Assembly (NCBI GenBank): GCA_964016885.1
Contig: OZ024741.1
Location: 324,198,001 to 324,262,000, forward strand
Source of the DNA: Eledone cirrhosa
Taxonomy: Eukaryota
Direction: 5' to 3'
Length of the DNA: 64,000 bases
Positions within the stretch are counted from its first letter, which is position 1; each line of letters begins with the position of its first letter. A model generated the notes under the pieces. That model was not told the DNA's origin and did no database searches. It was given only the letters and a program-made list of their open reading frames with translations. Shown piece by piece: positions 39,046 through 52,835 of the stretch. A program made the position numbers and the translations under genes.

Positions 39046-39428
39046 CCATACCACTAAAAAATACCATGCAATGCAAAAACAACAAATTGTAATACAAATG
39101 TATTACCTGAGAGCAGAGTACAACGATCCGTTTCAGATTAACAGTTGTGTGTAATTAAAACAATTTTCGCTGTTAAAATAATATCAACACTCCCATTCAT
39201 CGAAAATCTCTAGTCTTGGCGATAAATCGGAAATCGATATTAACATCTTTTTAAACATTTAAAAAGTTTTATTTGATGCTAATTTGTATAATGATCACTT
39301 TGACAAAGCATCATTATTATTATTATTGTTTCTACTTTAGGCACAAGGCCAGCAATTACCAAGTACAAGTAATGCACTGGCTAATTGCTGGCCTTGTGCC
39401 TAAAGTAGAAACAATTATTATTATTATT

Positions 39429-42400
39429 GGTCTAATCGGACGTCTTTTGCTCGCTCCCAGTAAGCCGCTTTATTTGCCTGTTAAAATTATTGGTTGTTAA
39501 ACATTTCTTGTTGTGTAAGGGATATAAGCCCTTAGTCTTTGCTCTGACCCAAATATTTGAACATTTTACTTTAAAAAAAACATGGCTGCCCCCCCCCCCC
39601 CCGTAATATGTCTGCTGTCGTGTGACAACGAGGTAAAAGTTAAGAGGAGGGTTAGTGAAATTCATACAACAGACACCACCACAAACAACAACAACAATGA
39701 AAACACTAATTTTGAAAAAAATACCACACCAACTACAAAATACAGACAAAAGGAAAAAATGACAACAAATGCAACAACGATATTAACACCACTATCATGA
39801 AAGTAAACAATGACCACAGCAACAATACAAATTGCACCGAAAACAACAACAACGGTGCCACCAAAAACACAACCAACTACAACAGTGATAACAGCAACAA
39901 CACCAACAACAACATTTGTAGCAGTAGCAACAGCACCAACAACAAGATCAGTAGCAGCAGTAGCTGCAGCAATAATGGCACCGCTGAAAAAGGGGCCACT
40001 TCTTTCGCAGGTGTGGCCCGAAATATAGAGACAGTGCTAGTCACAGAAGAGGAGATGGCAGTCGCAAGAGCCATGGTGTCGAGAAACGACAATAGAGTTT
40101 CCCTGAAACCTCCACCCGATTTCTTCAAAGACCAGCAGCTGCGCACGGTAAGCAAAATGTCACATCGGGTGGAGAGAGCCATGGAGGCTCAAATCCAAAA
40201 GGCCTTGGGGTGCGTCTCGGCGCGCAACACCCACAGCACCCTAGGCAAAAATTTCGCCACAGTAGACATAATTATCGTCACACCCCAACAGGCGTAATCT
40301 CACTCTTTGGAAACCCTAAAGTATGAGTAAATAGTCTTGGTGGCCTCCTACTGCGGGCAGAAAATTGTGAGGGTCAAAGTGACCCAGGTCCCGCTCGACG
40401 TGCCCATACCTTGGTTAGCCGCGTCTGTACTGGCTGGAATCGAGGAGAAGACCACCATACTGAAAATACAGAGAATGGGATGAGAGAACTGGTCAGGAAT
40501 AGGCATGCAAATGCTAATACAGATTGACCAGGAGTGCAGCGAGGCCATCCCAGACATACCCCTTCCAGACGCCACGGAATCTTACATGGAGTATGAGGTG
40601 GGAGGGAAGTGGCAAACAGTCTACCACAAAAAAAAAAATGAAAAACCCCTTAGCTTCACCCTCCAAAAGCGTCAGCACCAACAACAACCACACTACCACC
40701 AGCATCACCAAAAACACCAACATCGCAACCACAACAAAACACACACACCCAACAGCAACAATAAGAAAACAGTCACAAAATCACCCCTCCTCCAAAAAAG
40801 TACACATCCATAAACATGGCAAATAAAGAACTCTTACAACATATAAAGCAGCACACAGACATCAAAGAAAAAAAAACTACTACACCCCAGCAACACCAAG
40901 AACTCTCCCAACAAACATAAACATCATTGAAATCAAAATAGAACATTACAAACTTTCAAGACAAAAATTCCCCAACGCAGTTGGAGACTTCAGAGAGTCG
41001 GTTACCAAGAGAATATACACCGACATCCTCTTGGAAATACCCATGGCCAGCCAAAGCGACGGTTCTACTGTCCCTTCACCACACAATCAAGGTAAGTGAT
41101 ACTTTCTCACTTACCCCGCTTCTCATCCAACAAAGCTGTTCTTAGAATAGGCAGTATAAATGTACGTGGCCTAGGGTCATCTTGGAGGCAGGGTCACCTG
41201 ATCAACGACCTCAGGTCACTAAATATAGATGAGATGGCCATCAGCGAGACCAGAATCTCCGAAGCACGAGCCTTCGCACCAATCTTCGGCGGCTACGATG
41301 TATACGCATCTCCCAGCCCTCCAGGATCGGGTGGAGGGGTTGCCGTGCTTTTTTGGAGAGGCTTGCATCTCGCCATACGGGCCATCTTCCTGGACGCAGA
41401 AGGTAAGTCGATGGTGCTGGACGTGACCGGCAGCGAAGGCAATGCTTTCAGGCTAGTAGCCGTCTACGCCCCAACAGGGGCAGGTCGGCCAGATTTCTTC
41501 AGACGTCTAGAGACCTTTCTTGGAACGTCCCGCTCTTTAGTGTTAGTGGGCGACTGGAACGGTATCTTAGATGCACGCTGGGATTATGTGGGGCTAGTAG
41601 ACAGGGCAGGAGGGTGTAAAAGCCCCAACAACCTGCTCAGACGATTTGAACTGTCTGCAAGGTTTAGATTGGATTATACGAAGTGCCAATGTGGACATGG
41701 GCAAACCGCATCGGGTCATCCAGATCGTATTTAGATAGGGCATTCTGTAGGGAAACAGATAAGGCTAGTGTAGGTTGTCCACAATTTAAAGTAGTCGACT
41801 ACACTGACCACAAGTTTGTGATCTGTTAAGTTGACTTAGATAGTCCCCATAGGCAAGGGCCCGGCTGCTGGAAACTGAACGCGTCGTTCCCGGCGCGCAA
41901 AGCTAACAGAGACCGGATTAGCGAATTAGTTAAGCATGCGTTGACGAGTGCGATAATCAAGTACATGTGGTGGTTTACACTGAAAAGTGCTAATAGAGTA
42001 GAATCGATAAGGTTTAGCAAAGGAGTAGTGATAGAAGAAAATAGAGTAGAGGGAGAGTTAGTTAGAAAGCTAGAAGAGGCGTTTAGGATAGGCATCGCAA
42101 CCGACGTGCTTGCGGCAAGATTGGCATTCGACCAATTCTTCAACGCAAAGCACGAAGGCTGCGTTGTCAGAGCTAAAGCACGTGCTCTAAGACACGAGCG
42201 GACGAAAGCCGTTCAATGGGCCCGGGTAGTGGACGCGCGACGTGGCAACAAGTCCACAATTCGGTCTTTGCCTGATCAAAACGGGCGCATGTTGCTCGAA
42301 CCCGAGCAGATGTGTGTCGCTTTTCATCAACACTTTGCTCAATTGTTCGGGAGCGGCGGCGGGTCGGATCGGAGTATGGACTTCGGTGCATACCTCGACG

Positions 42401-44682
42401 GACTGCCGCGGCTCTCGATGACCGCAGCGCAGTGCTGCGGAAAGCCAATAACAGCAGGTGAAATACGGGAAGCGATGTTTGACAGCACGAGGGGTAAATC
42501 GTCAGGTTTGGATGGTCTGCCATACGAGCTTTATGCGTATATGTCAGACTTGTTCGGCGACCTCTTGGCAGATGTCTACTGCAACTGGCAGCAGAACGGG
42601 AGCATTCCCAGTTTTGTGAGCCGAGGATCGGTGGCGTTGCTGAGAAAAGACCCGAACAAGGTGACGTTATAGACAACTTCAGGCCGATAACTCTGCTAAA
42701 TGCAGAATTTAAGATTTTGGCAAAGGTGTTAGCAAAGAGATTGGAGCTTGTGGTCGGTGATTTGGTGGGAGAGGCGCAGACTTACGCCATTCCGGACAGA
42801 TTCATCCACGACAACCTCCAACTCATGCGATGCATCATAGAGAGGGTGGTTAAGGAACATGGCACGGGTGGGGCCCGGATCAACTTGAATCAATCTAAAG
42901 CATTTTTGGGGGTGAAGGATCACCTGTCGCAACCTTTCAGCACAATGCGCTCGGTCCCTCTTGTCCCTCTTGTACATACTGGCCCTCGAGTAGTTACTGC
43001 ACAAATTGGAGACGATGAGGGGGGTCCGATGAGGGGTGTCCGATGAGGGGGGATCCGTGTCAGCTTACGCCGACGACGTCACCGTGGTGGTGTCGAGCAC
43101 CAAACACGTCCAGATGCTCGGCACCGCTCTCAAGGAATACGAAGCGGTGACAGGAGCAAAGATAAACCAGGAAAATTCGGTGGGCTTACAACTTGGCACC
43201 TGGAGAGGCATTCCATGCCGCCCGACAGCGTCGTGGGGCCCTGGACGGAAGAACCGGTTAAATTGCTCGGGGTCTGGTTCGGTCCGGACCTCCAGATGGA
43301 GAAAAACTGGAGCGAGGTGAGGAGCAGGGTGGCCTCTCTCACCCAGAAATGGACCAAGAGGAGGCTGTCTCTGAAAGGCGGGCAGAGGTGGCGAATGCGT
43401 ACATAGCGTCCGTCATCTGCTATCACCTGACCGTCGTCCCTTGCCCCCGCCCAATTCTGACCAGAATGGAGCGCCTTCTCTTCCGCTTTTTGTGGAAGGG
43501 ACGTGCTTTCATAGTCGAACGATCCATTTGCTGTCAACACCCATTGGGTGGAGGACTAGGCATGCCGTGGCTGATGAGACCAAATATGCGATGAGGCTGC
43601 GACATCTCTGGTGCTTCCTTGACGGTGAACAGGTGTGGTCGCCGTTTGCCAGACACGCGTTTCCCCAGCTCGTCTTGTTGATGGTGTTGCAGTCCTGGAT
43701 CAGGAAAAGACCGAGAGATATCGCTTGGAAGCTGGAATGTCTCCAAGCGCTCACCGCCCTCTACCAGCTGGGCAGTACTATCGGTGGAACATCCACCTCG
43801 GCGTTCTATAGAGGGTTAGTGGAGGGAAAGAGCGACGACGTTCTCGGGGAGACCCTGGGCGTCGAAGACGATCAGCTGTTCGCTTTCTTCAAGAGAACTT
43901 TCAGACCGGGGCCTATGGATAACTTCCAGAAATTCCTGGCCTGGCAGTGCGACGCGCGCGCGTTGCCGGTTCGGGATAAGCTCTACAGGCACGGAGGTAC
44001 TGTCAGCCAAGTCTGTCCGGGATGCGCGCAGGGCGACGAAACCGTCCTGCACGCACACGTTCAGTGCCCGACGATTGCTAACCTGTGGAGCTATGTCGAA
44101 CAGCTGCTGTCGCGTGTAGGACGGATCCGGTTATTTGACTGAGTCCATTGTGCAGATAGCCCTGCCATCCTCCTTTAAAGAGGAGGAAGGGCAGGCAGTT
44201 TTCATCTGCCTAGGTAGCCATGGCGAAAGAGATTGTGTGGTGACAAGGTTGAAAGGGTTGAAGACGGACACTTTCCTCTTCGGCCAATCCCTGATTAAAT
44301 TTTTCAAGTTTGACTTGAAGAGCAAAATCTGGGTGATGAGGCAAGTGCTGTCTTCTAGTGGGTTTGTTGAAAGGTGGGTGAAAGTGTCGTGTCTGGTCCG
44401 AGTGAACGGGCCCGCTCTGCGTATGCACCTGTGGACTGAGGAGTTGGAAAACTGAGAGAAGTCAGGGTGGCCTTGGTCTTTTTTGTGTGGTTTTCGCCAT
44501 GAGCGACCCTCGGAGGTTTCCCCTTTTTGAGGGAATTTTTGTTGTTTGAATTTTTTTAATTTCTAGCCCGATTTTGTTATAACCTGTTTACACGACCAAA
44601 ACCCAGTTTGTATCGTCCTGTACTGTTCTGTGTCGTCTCTAATGTTTTTCTTCGTGTTAGCCCTTGTGGCCAATAAAGAAAC
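39429..44682 (+). mobile_element. Tx1 copy 6 (ATT lineage), near full length, inactive, in SLC6 intron
   Basis: 5' UTR, ORF1 fragments (39797-40297), APE (41096-41734), RT and zinc-finger fragments. Ends GCCCTTGTGGCCAATAAAGAAACC then (ATT)n; 5' flank is a SINE (ATT)n tail. Confidence 0.93.
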
Positions 44683-44693
44683 CATTATTATTA

Positions 44694-44724
<31 letters not shown>

Positions 44725-45254
44725 TATATGTTCGTTCGTTTGTTGACACGTACAGCACATCGCTCCCTTAAGTTTGTTGTTTTTCACACATTTAAATATA
44801 TATTTAAAAAAATAATTTTTTGTTGCAAAGTGCATATATAGCATGTCTTTGCCTTTCGGAAAGCAGACTTCATAATATTTGAATTTTAAAATTCTATTGA
44901 CGTCTATAAAAACCTATAAAACCAGCCAGAACTGCAAAATTCTGCATAATAAAAGCGTGCGTCATGAGTTTAATTCGGATTAGACTCTGAAGACTAATAG
45001 TAAGAATGTTGCCAGCTCCATCACAATAAATATCCTTGACAAAGCCACCAACAACAAAAGCAACAGTAACAACAACAATAACAACAAGAAAAGCAGCAGC
45101 AGCAAGAGCAACGGAAACGACAACAAAAAACAGCAGAAGCTGCAGCAAAAACATCGGCGACACCAATAACAGCAACAACAATAACAGCACAACATAAACA
45201 ACAACAGCAGCAGCAGCCTCAACAGTAGCAAAAAAGAAGCCCCAACAACAATAA

Positions 45255-45644
45255 CAACTGACAGTAGCAGCAGGCTCAACAACAACGGCAACAACAAAAA
45301 CTGTAGGACCCGCCCTACATCTACGGAAGTTACTTATTATGGCGGGTGATGTCGAGTCGAACCCTGGCCCATCCTGCGCGGGATGTTCCAGGACGATCCG
45401 ACAAGACTTCGTGCCCATTTCTTGCTCGACTTGCCGACGTATCTTCCACAGGATCTGCAGCGGCCTGACTCGAATACAGAAAAAGAGTCTTCAAGGATTC
45501 GTGTGTGGCTTCTGTCGGGGGAATAATGTCGTGCCTACCATCCGTCCTGCGGCGATCTCCATTCACCGATGTCAAATCTGGCATGCAAACGATGCCCTGC
45601 ATTGGCGATCGAGAGATACCATCACCAACTCGGCACATCCTTAG
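45255..45644 (+). pseudogene. 2A-like StopGo peptide followed by PHD finger (retroelement-derived)
   Basis: LHLRKLLIMAGDVESNPG|P then C-x2-C...C-x2-C-x4-H-x2-C...C-x2-C. Confidence 0.8.
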
Positions 45645-46189
45645 AGGAATTAGTCCGTCTCCCAATCGCACCTCTAGCGCTTCTGAGGAGGATCCTCAGT
45701 CGCCTGAGGTGAATCAAAAAAAAAAAAAACAAAAAAAACAACAACAACAACAGCAGCAGTTGGAGTAACAACGGTATTGGCAACAACAGCAACAACAAAA
45801 ACAACAACAGCTAAAACAACAATAACAAAAGACAAGCGCAAACAACAACGGCAGCAGCGACAATAACACCAACCACAACATCAGCAAGAACAACCACAAC
45901 TACAAAATCACGGTGGCAGCAAAGGCATTATTCATGAAGGACTTAAGTAGGAGAGATGAATGTTTGGCTCAAGCAATTCATAAAACCTTGTATAACATAC
46001 TGTTCTACTCTGATCAGGCATTTGTAGGCTCGAGAGTTTACAGAGTTTACTCTGAGGCTCTAACAATGTAATTTATGGTTGTACAAATTATTGTAAAGTT
46101 TGTAAAAAAAAGTGTTCTTTGTTCAGTCTTTATTGTTGTAACTATCAATTTTCTTTAACGACTGGCTGCTGAATTGGGGAATCCTAAAA

Positions 46190-47600
46190 ACTATTCAAAC
46201 CCAACATTAACCCCCCACCCACCCCCTCGCTGACTTGAGAAAAGCGACAGAAGAATCGGAGACGAAGGCGGTGAAATTGAGAGCAGGATGAAAAGATTGG
46301 ACAAAAGAAAGAAAACAGTCGAGCTGTTCTCGTGACAGAGAGGTGGCGCCGATACAGTCGTCAATATAACGACCGTATAGCTCAGGAATCGGTCCAGCCT
46401 ACTGGGAGAAGATCTTGGCTTCGACGTAACCAACAAACAAGTTGGCAAAGTGTGGACCCATTCTGGTTCCCATCGCTATCCCAGAGACCTGCTGATAAAA
46501 TTCACCCGAAAAAGAAAATCCATTGAGAGTGAGAACAAGCTCAGCCAGACGGCGAAGAGTGGTAGTGCTACGTGAAGGGGTAGAGCGTAAATCTAAAAAA
46601 TGTTGGAGAGCGTGGAGGCCGTCATCATGAGGGATGACCGTATAGAGAGAGGTAATGTCCAGGGTAAAGAGAAGGCAGGAGAGACCAGGAGAGAAGGTGA
46701 AAGAGTTGAAGAGTCTAAGGGCATGATTTGTATCGTGGAGGTGGGAGCGGAGATTGCCGACCAACGGAGCGAGGATGGTTTCTAAATATTCATAAATTAT
46801 CTCGGTGGGTTAGTTGCACGCAGAAACAGTAGGACGGCCGGGATTATTTTGTTTGTGTATTTTGGAGAGTAAGTAGAAAGTGGGTGTGCGAGGGGTGCGT
46901 ACAATAAGGTTGTTGGCTGTGGGGGATAGAAGAGAGTAGGCGATGAGCTTGTGGATGGTGGAGGACACGAGTTGTTGGTAGCCAGGAGTGGGGTAGGTGA
47001 TAAAGGGCGGTAAAAAGGCTATTGTGAAGCTGGCGGAGAGCCTCAGCCCTATAGAGGTCAGCGCTTCAAACCACTACAGCGCCACCTTTGTCAGCGGGTT
47101 TGATGACAATGTCATCGCGACGCCGAAGATTGCGAAGAGCGGAGAGATCAGTTCACGTGATGTTAGAGCGACGAGAATGCTGGTGGAAACGGAACCGATT
47201 CACAGTACGCCGGCAAGTATCGACAAAGGAGTCGAGGGTGCTGAACTGGCCAGAGCTCGGCGTCCAATGTGATTGCCGGCGACTGAGACGAGTGAAGTCA
47301 TCCGTCTGTGTCGATGATGGCGTGTCGTGAAAAAAATCTTTCAGCTTTAATCGACGGAAAAACCCTTCAATATCGGCATATGTGTGGAACTCGTCGCAGC
47401 TAGATGTGGTTGGTTTAAAACGCAAACCACGGGCGACGAGGGAGCGCTCAGCTTCGGAGAGTGGTAGGTCCTGGGGTAGTGTATCTACAGTGCAGCGACG
47501 TGAGGGAGTGAAATAGGCGAGGCGTAGGTGTCAAGGTGTTTGGGCAAAGCGTGTGCAGCTTCAGTGGTGGAGAGAGAAAAGGGGGTGGTATGTGACGGGA
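46190..47600 (-). mobile_element. Penelope-like RT fragment (different family)
   Basis: FFRRLKLK, PADK, LDITSLYTVIP, QVSGIAMGTRMGPHFANLF, RYIDD. Confidence 0.85.
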
Positions 47601-47674
47601 TAGAGAGGTTAGGGTTGGAGGTGATATAAGTATGGGTGGTGACGGCAGGCGGAGAAAAGGGTGAAAGAAAGAGA

Positions 47675-47743
<69 letters not shown>

Positions 47744-48099
47744 TGGTGTTGTGGCTTACACGGTTTTAAATAATACTGTTTTGAACATATGTGCTCGGAA
47801 ATTATTTCTTAAAATGTCCAGAAAATCTGTAAAACTTTTATCGTCTTGGTTCCTAATAAATCATATCACCTATAACCTAACAACTAAACAGCTATTGTTA
47901 TAATTCTTTTCCTGGAGTGTCTCAATTTCAAAACTACCTGACTGTATGTCTTCTCTAAAACATCGATGCATTCAAGATCATTCAAAGCTTGTGAATAACA
48001 GGGTTTGTTGTGAAACCAATCGACCACGTAACACTCGGGCCGTTCGGTAACATTCTTCCTCCCACTGTTTAATTTTTTTTTTCTGTTCTATATTTACAG

Positions 48100-48357
48100 G
48101 TATTGGTTATTCCATGATAATTATTGCAACCATTCTTGCTATCTACTACGCCGTCATTATAGCATATTCTTTTTACTTCTTCTTTGCCTCATTCCGAAAG
48201 AATTTGCTGTGGTCCAGCTGTTTAAATGTGTGGAATAGCTGCAACTGTTTTACAGAAACACAGAATGCCAAGTTCAAATCCTTCACCCGCTTGCTGGATG
48301 GTCCAAACTTTACCGATTTTAACACTTTTCTTAGTGAAAAGCATTCACACTGTTACA
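48100..48357 (+). CDS. Next SLC6 exon, TM3 and start of extracellular loop 2
   Basis: tttacag|...|gtaagt, 258 nt, phase 1-1. (G)[49 protein letters not shown]...; splices in frame to the previous exon (FKG|IG). Confidence 0.93.
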
Positions 48358-48417
48358 GTAAGTCTGTTTACATTTCTGACTACCATAAAATCCATATATA
48401 AAATCTCCACGTGTGCC

Positions 48418-48514
<97 letters not shown>

Positions 48515-48924
48515 CATATATGTATATATATATATATATGTGTGTGTATGTGTATACATATATGTATATATATATATATATATATTATATATAAATGTGT
48601 GTGTGTGTGTGATCATACGTTATTGCAATATAGACATATACTTGTATAATATGATTATGTATGTGTGCGCAACTGTATGAATATGTATAGATGCTTCCGT
48701 TAACATTCACTTCACATCCAAGCCTACACATATCATATTGAAGATATTGATTACCGATAATTCATACTCACGCAAACGCACACACACTTACGTGCGCGCA
48801 TGCATTCACACACACACACACATACACTCATATATATATATATATGTACGTATATACACATATGTATATATGTTTTTTTTCGTATATGTGAATGTATATA
48901 TATGTACATATGCATGTAGGTGTA

Positions 48925-48976
<52 letters not shown>

Positions 48977-49040
48977 CATACATACACATATACACACATT
49001 TGCGTACACACAACCACACCAGGGAAATATATACCACATG

Positions 49041-49141
<101 letters not shown>

Positions 49142-49548
49142 GTATATATCCATACATATATATAAGAAATATAATCAATTTATTCTAAAACTCTTTTTAA
49201 TAACCCATAAATAACCTTTACACTTATATGGACAAATTATTATTTTACGGATACGTCAATCACCTAAGCCACGCCCCTGATGAATTGGCCAGTACGCTGC
49301 AAATCTGATTGTCAACAGTCTCGAATTAGCTGTCGGTCCCCGACTGTAATTCTTTCCCTCATGGCCTTTTGATGGATAAAAGGTCATGGGCGCGTTACGG
49401 ATCGATGTTCTGTTTTAAGCGCCGAAACATCTAAGATCCATTGTAAACAGCTGACGAAGAGAAACTTTCTTCTCTTGTTTACGTCCCGAGTTCCTGGTAA
49501 CACTTCATTTTCAGTAACCACACATCCTCTCCTCTTTACCTGTATTTT

Positions 49549-49599
<51 letters not shown>

Positions 49600-49894
49600 A
49601 TTTTCTTGGAGATCCATCGTTTAAGAAGATGTCTGCTCCATTTGATTCAACCACCGAAACTATCTGCTCGTAAAATGTTAAGAGACTGAGTTTTCAGCAG
49701 GCACGCACACCCTCAACGTCGTTATCAAGAAAATGCCGGATCCGTGAAAAGAAGCAACGTGAAATAAATTATCTTGGACATGGACACAATGCACAGCCCG
49801 ACATGGGAATTATAGAATAAAACCATATATCATTTCATTACAGAAAAGAAAACATGGTGATGAGCTAAGAATCATAATAAATGTGAAAGAGTGA

Positions 49895-50825
<931 letters not shown>

Positions 50826-51100
50826 GCCTTGACACATGCGTAACATGGTAGGCATTTACTATTTCGAATTCTTACTCTATTTTTTTTATTCTGGTCGGAA
50901 AATCTTGATGGGAATCTGTCATATTGTGTACAGACAATTGATTCTGGCAGAGATAAGTATGAAGAATGCCACAGACGCCATCTTTATTCATTTATTTATA
51001 TATTCGTTCACCTCTTTCTCTACCTCTCTCTTTCTTTCTGTATCTCTCTGTTTCTTTCTTCCGCCTTACCCTCCTTGTGTATATCTATTATGATACTACT

Positions 51101-51224
<124 letters not shown>

Positions 51225-51254
51225 GCATTATTGATGTCAGTATGATATTTATGT

Positions 51255-51420
51255 TGATGTAACTTGTCTATATAATGTCTTCGTTATCCGAGGCTCTTGT
51301 GGCCAATACAAAAAAAATCATCATTTTTATCGTCTTTCCCCGCCCCCAAAATTGCTGACCTCGTGCCAAAAGTAGAAACAATTATTATCATTATCATTAT
51401 TATTATTATTATTGTTGTTA
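51255..51420 (+). mobile_element. Tiny Tx1 3' end plus SINE 3' end stacked in (ATT)n
   Basis: CTTGTGGCCAATACAAAA at ~51296 and CCTCGTGCCAAAAGTAGAAACAATTAT at ~51359. Confidence 0.65.
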
Positions 51421-52020
51421 TTCCTTGAATCTCAGTCATTGATGTTGGTTAACCGGAAAGTCCGTTGGAATGAATATCAAGCCACTACCTGCAGCCTCAG
51501 ATATTCAGGACGTATCGGAGGATTCTTGCTGTTCCAAGCAAGCATGCCTTTTGAAGCGTTCCAAAAAGCGTGAAGGGGCCGATTTTCTTTAACCATCCCT
51601 GGAAACTTTTGGAGATAGTCCCCAGTGCGCCTATGACAATCGGGATCACTTTGACTTCATGGCAGTTCCAAATCCTTTTCACCTCCCACTTTAGGTCCTG
51701 GTATCGGTTAATTTTCTCCCTCGCCTTCTCTTGCACTCTCGTGTCGAAAGGGCAGGCCACATCCACAATCAGACACGATCTTTTTTCTTTGTCCACAATC
51801 ACTAGGTCAGGTCTATTGTGTTCCAGTTTTTTGTCCGTCTGTATCCTAAAATCCCACAGCACCTTCACCTGATTGTTCTCCATCACCGCCTCTGGCCTAT
51901 GCTCATACCATTTCTCAGAATGTGGTAAATTGTTTATTTTGCACAGGTGCCAGTGTATCACCCTGCCCATCACATCGTGTCTCCAGCCCTTATAGTGGGT
52001 CTGGGCTAGGTGTTTACACT
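51420..52020 (-). mobile_element. R4/Dong-clade LINE 3' fragment with intact restriction-like endonuclease ORF
   Basis: ORF 51497-51973: RHD...WDFRIQTD...NRPDLVIV...IVDVACP.D...EKINRYQDL...PIVIGALG...LLGTARILR. (TAA)n on both sides. Confidence 0.9.
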
Positions 52021-52044
52021 ATTATTATTATTATTATTATTATT

Positions 52045-52798
52045 GTTCTTTGAGTCTCAGTCATTGATGTTATTTAACTGGAAAGTTTCTTGAAATGAAT
52101 ATCAAGCCGCTACCTGCAACCTCAGATATTCAGGACGTATCGGAGTGTTCTTGCTGTTCCTAGCAAGCATGCCTTTTGAAGTATTCGAAAAAGTGGGGCT
52201 GGACTAATCTTCTCTAACCATCCTTGGAAACTCTTTGAGATAGTACCTAGTGCAGCTATGACAATCGAGACGACCTTGATTTCATGGCAGTTCCAAAACC
52301 TTTTTAACACCCACTTTAAATCTCGGTACCAGTTAATTTCCTCCCTCTCCTTTACTTGCACTCTCGTGTCAAATGGGCAGGCTACATCTACAATCAGGCA
52401 CGATCTTTTTTCCTTGTCCAAAATCCACCAGGTCAGGCCTATAGTGTTCTAATTTCCTGTCCGTCTTTATCCTTAAATCCCATAGAACCTTCACCTGATC
52501 TTTTTCTATCACCGACTCTGGCTTATGCTCATACCACTTCTCAGAATGTGGTAAATTATTTACTTTGCATATATGCCAGTGGATCACCCTGCCTAGCTCA
52601 TCATGTCTCCAGCCTTTATAGTGAGTCTGGGCTAGGTGTTTACACTCGGATACAATGTGAGCCACAGTCTCCTCTCTCTCTCTCTACAGATCCTACGCAG
52701 TGGGCTAGCCTCCTCCTTGTAAATATGGTGTTTCACCCACTTCGTTCTGAGGGCCCGCTCTTGCGCAGCCATTAGCATTCTTTCTGTAGCCTTTTTTT
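52045..52798 (-). mobile_element. Second R4/Dong 3' fragment, tandem with the first
   Basis: TE..LMAAQE.AL, HIVSEC, RHD and RLE motifs. (TAA)n flanks. Confidence 0.9.
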
Positions 52799-52835
52799 TT
52801 ATTATTATCATTATTATTATAATTATTATTATTAA

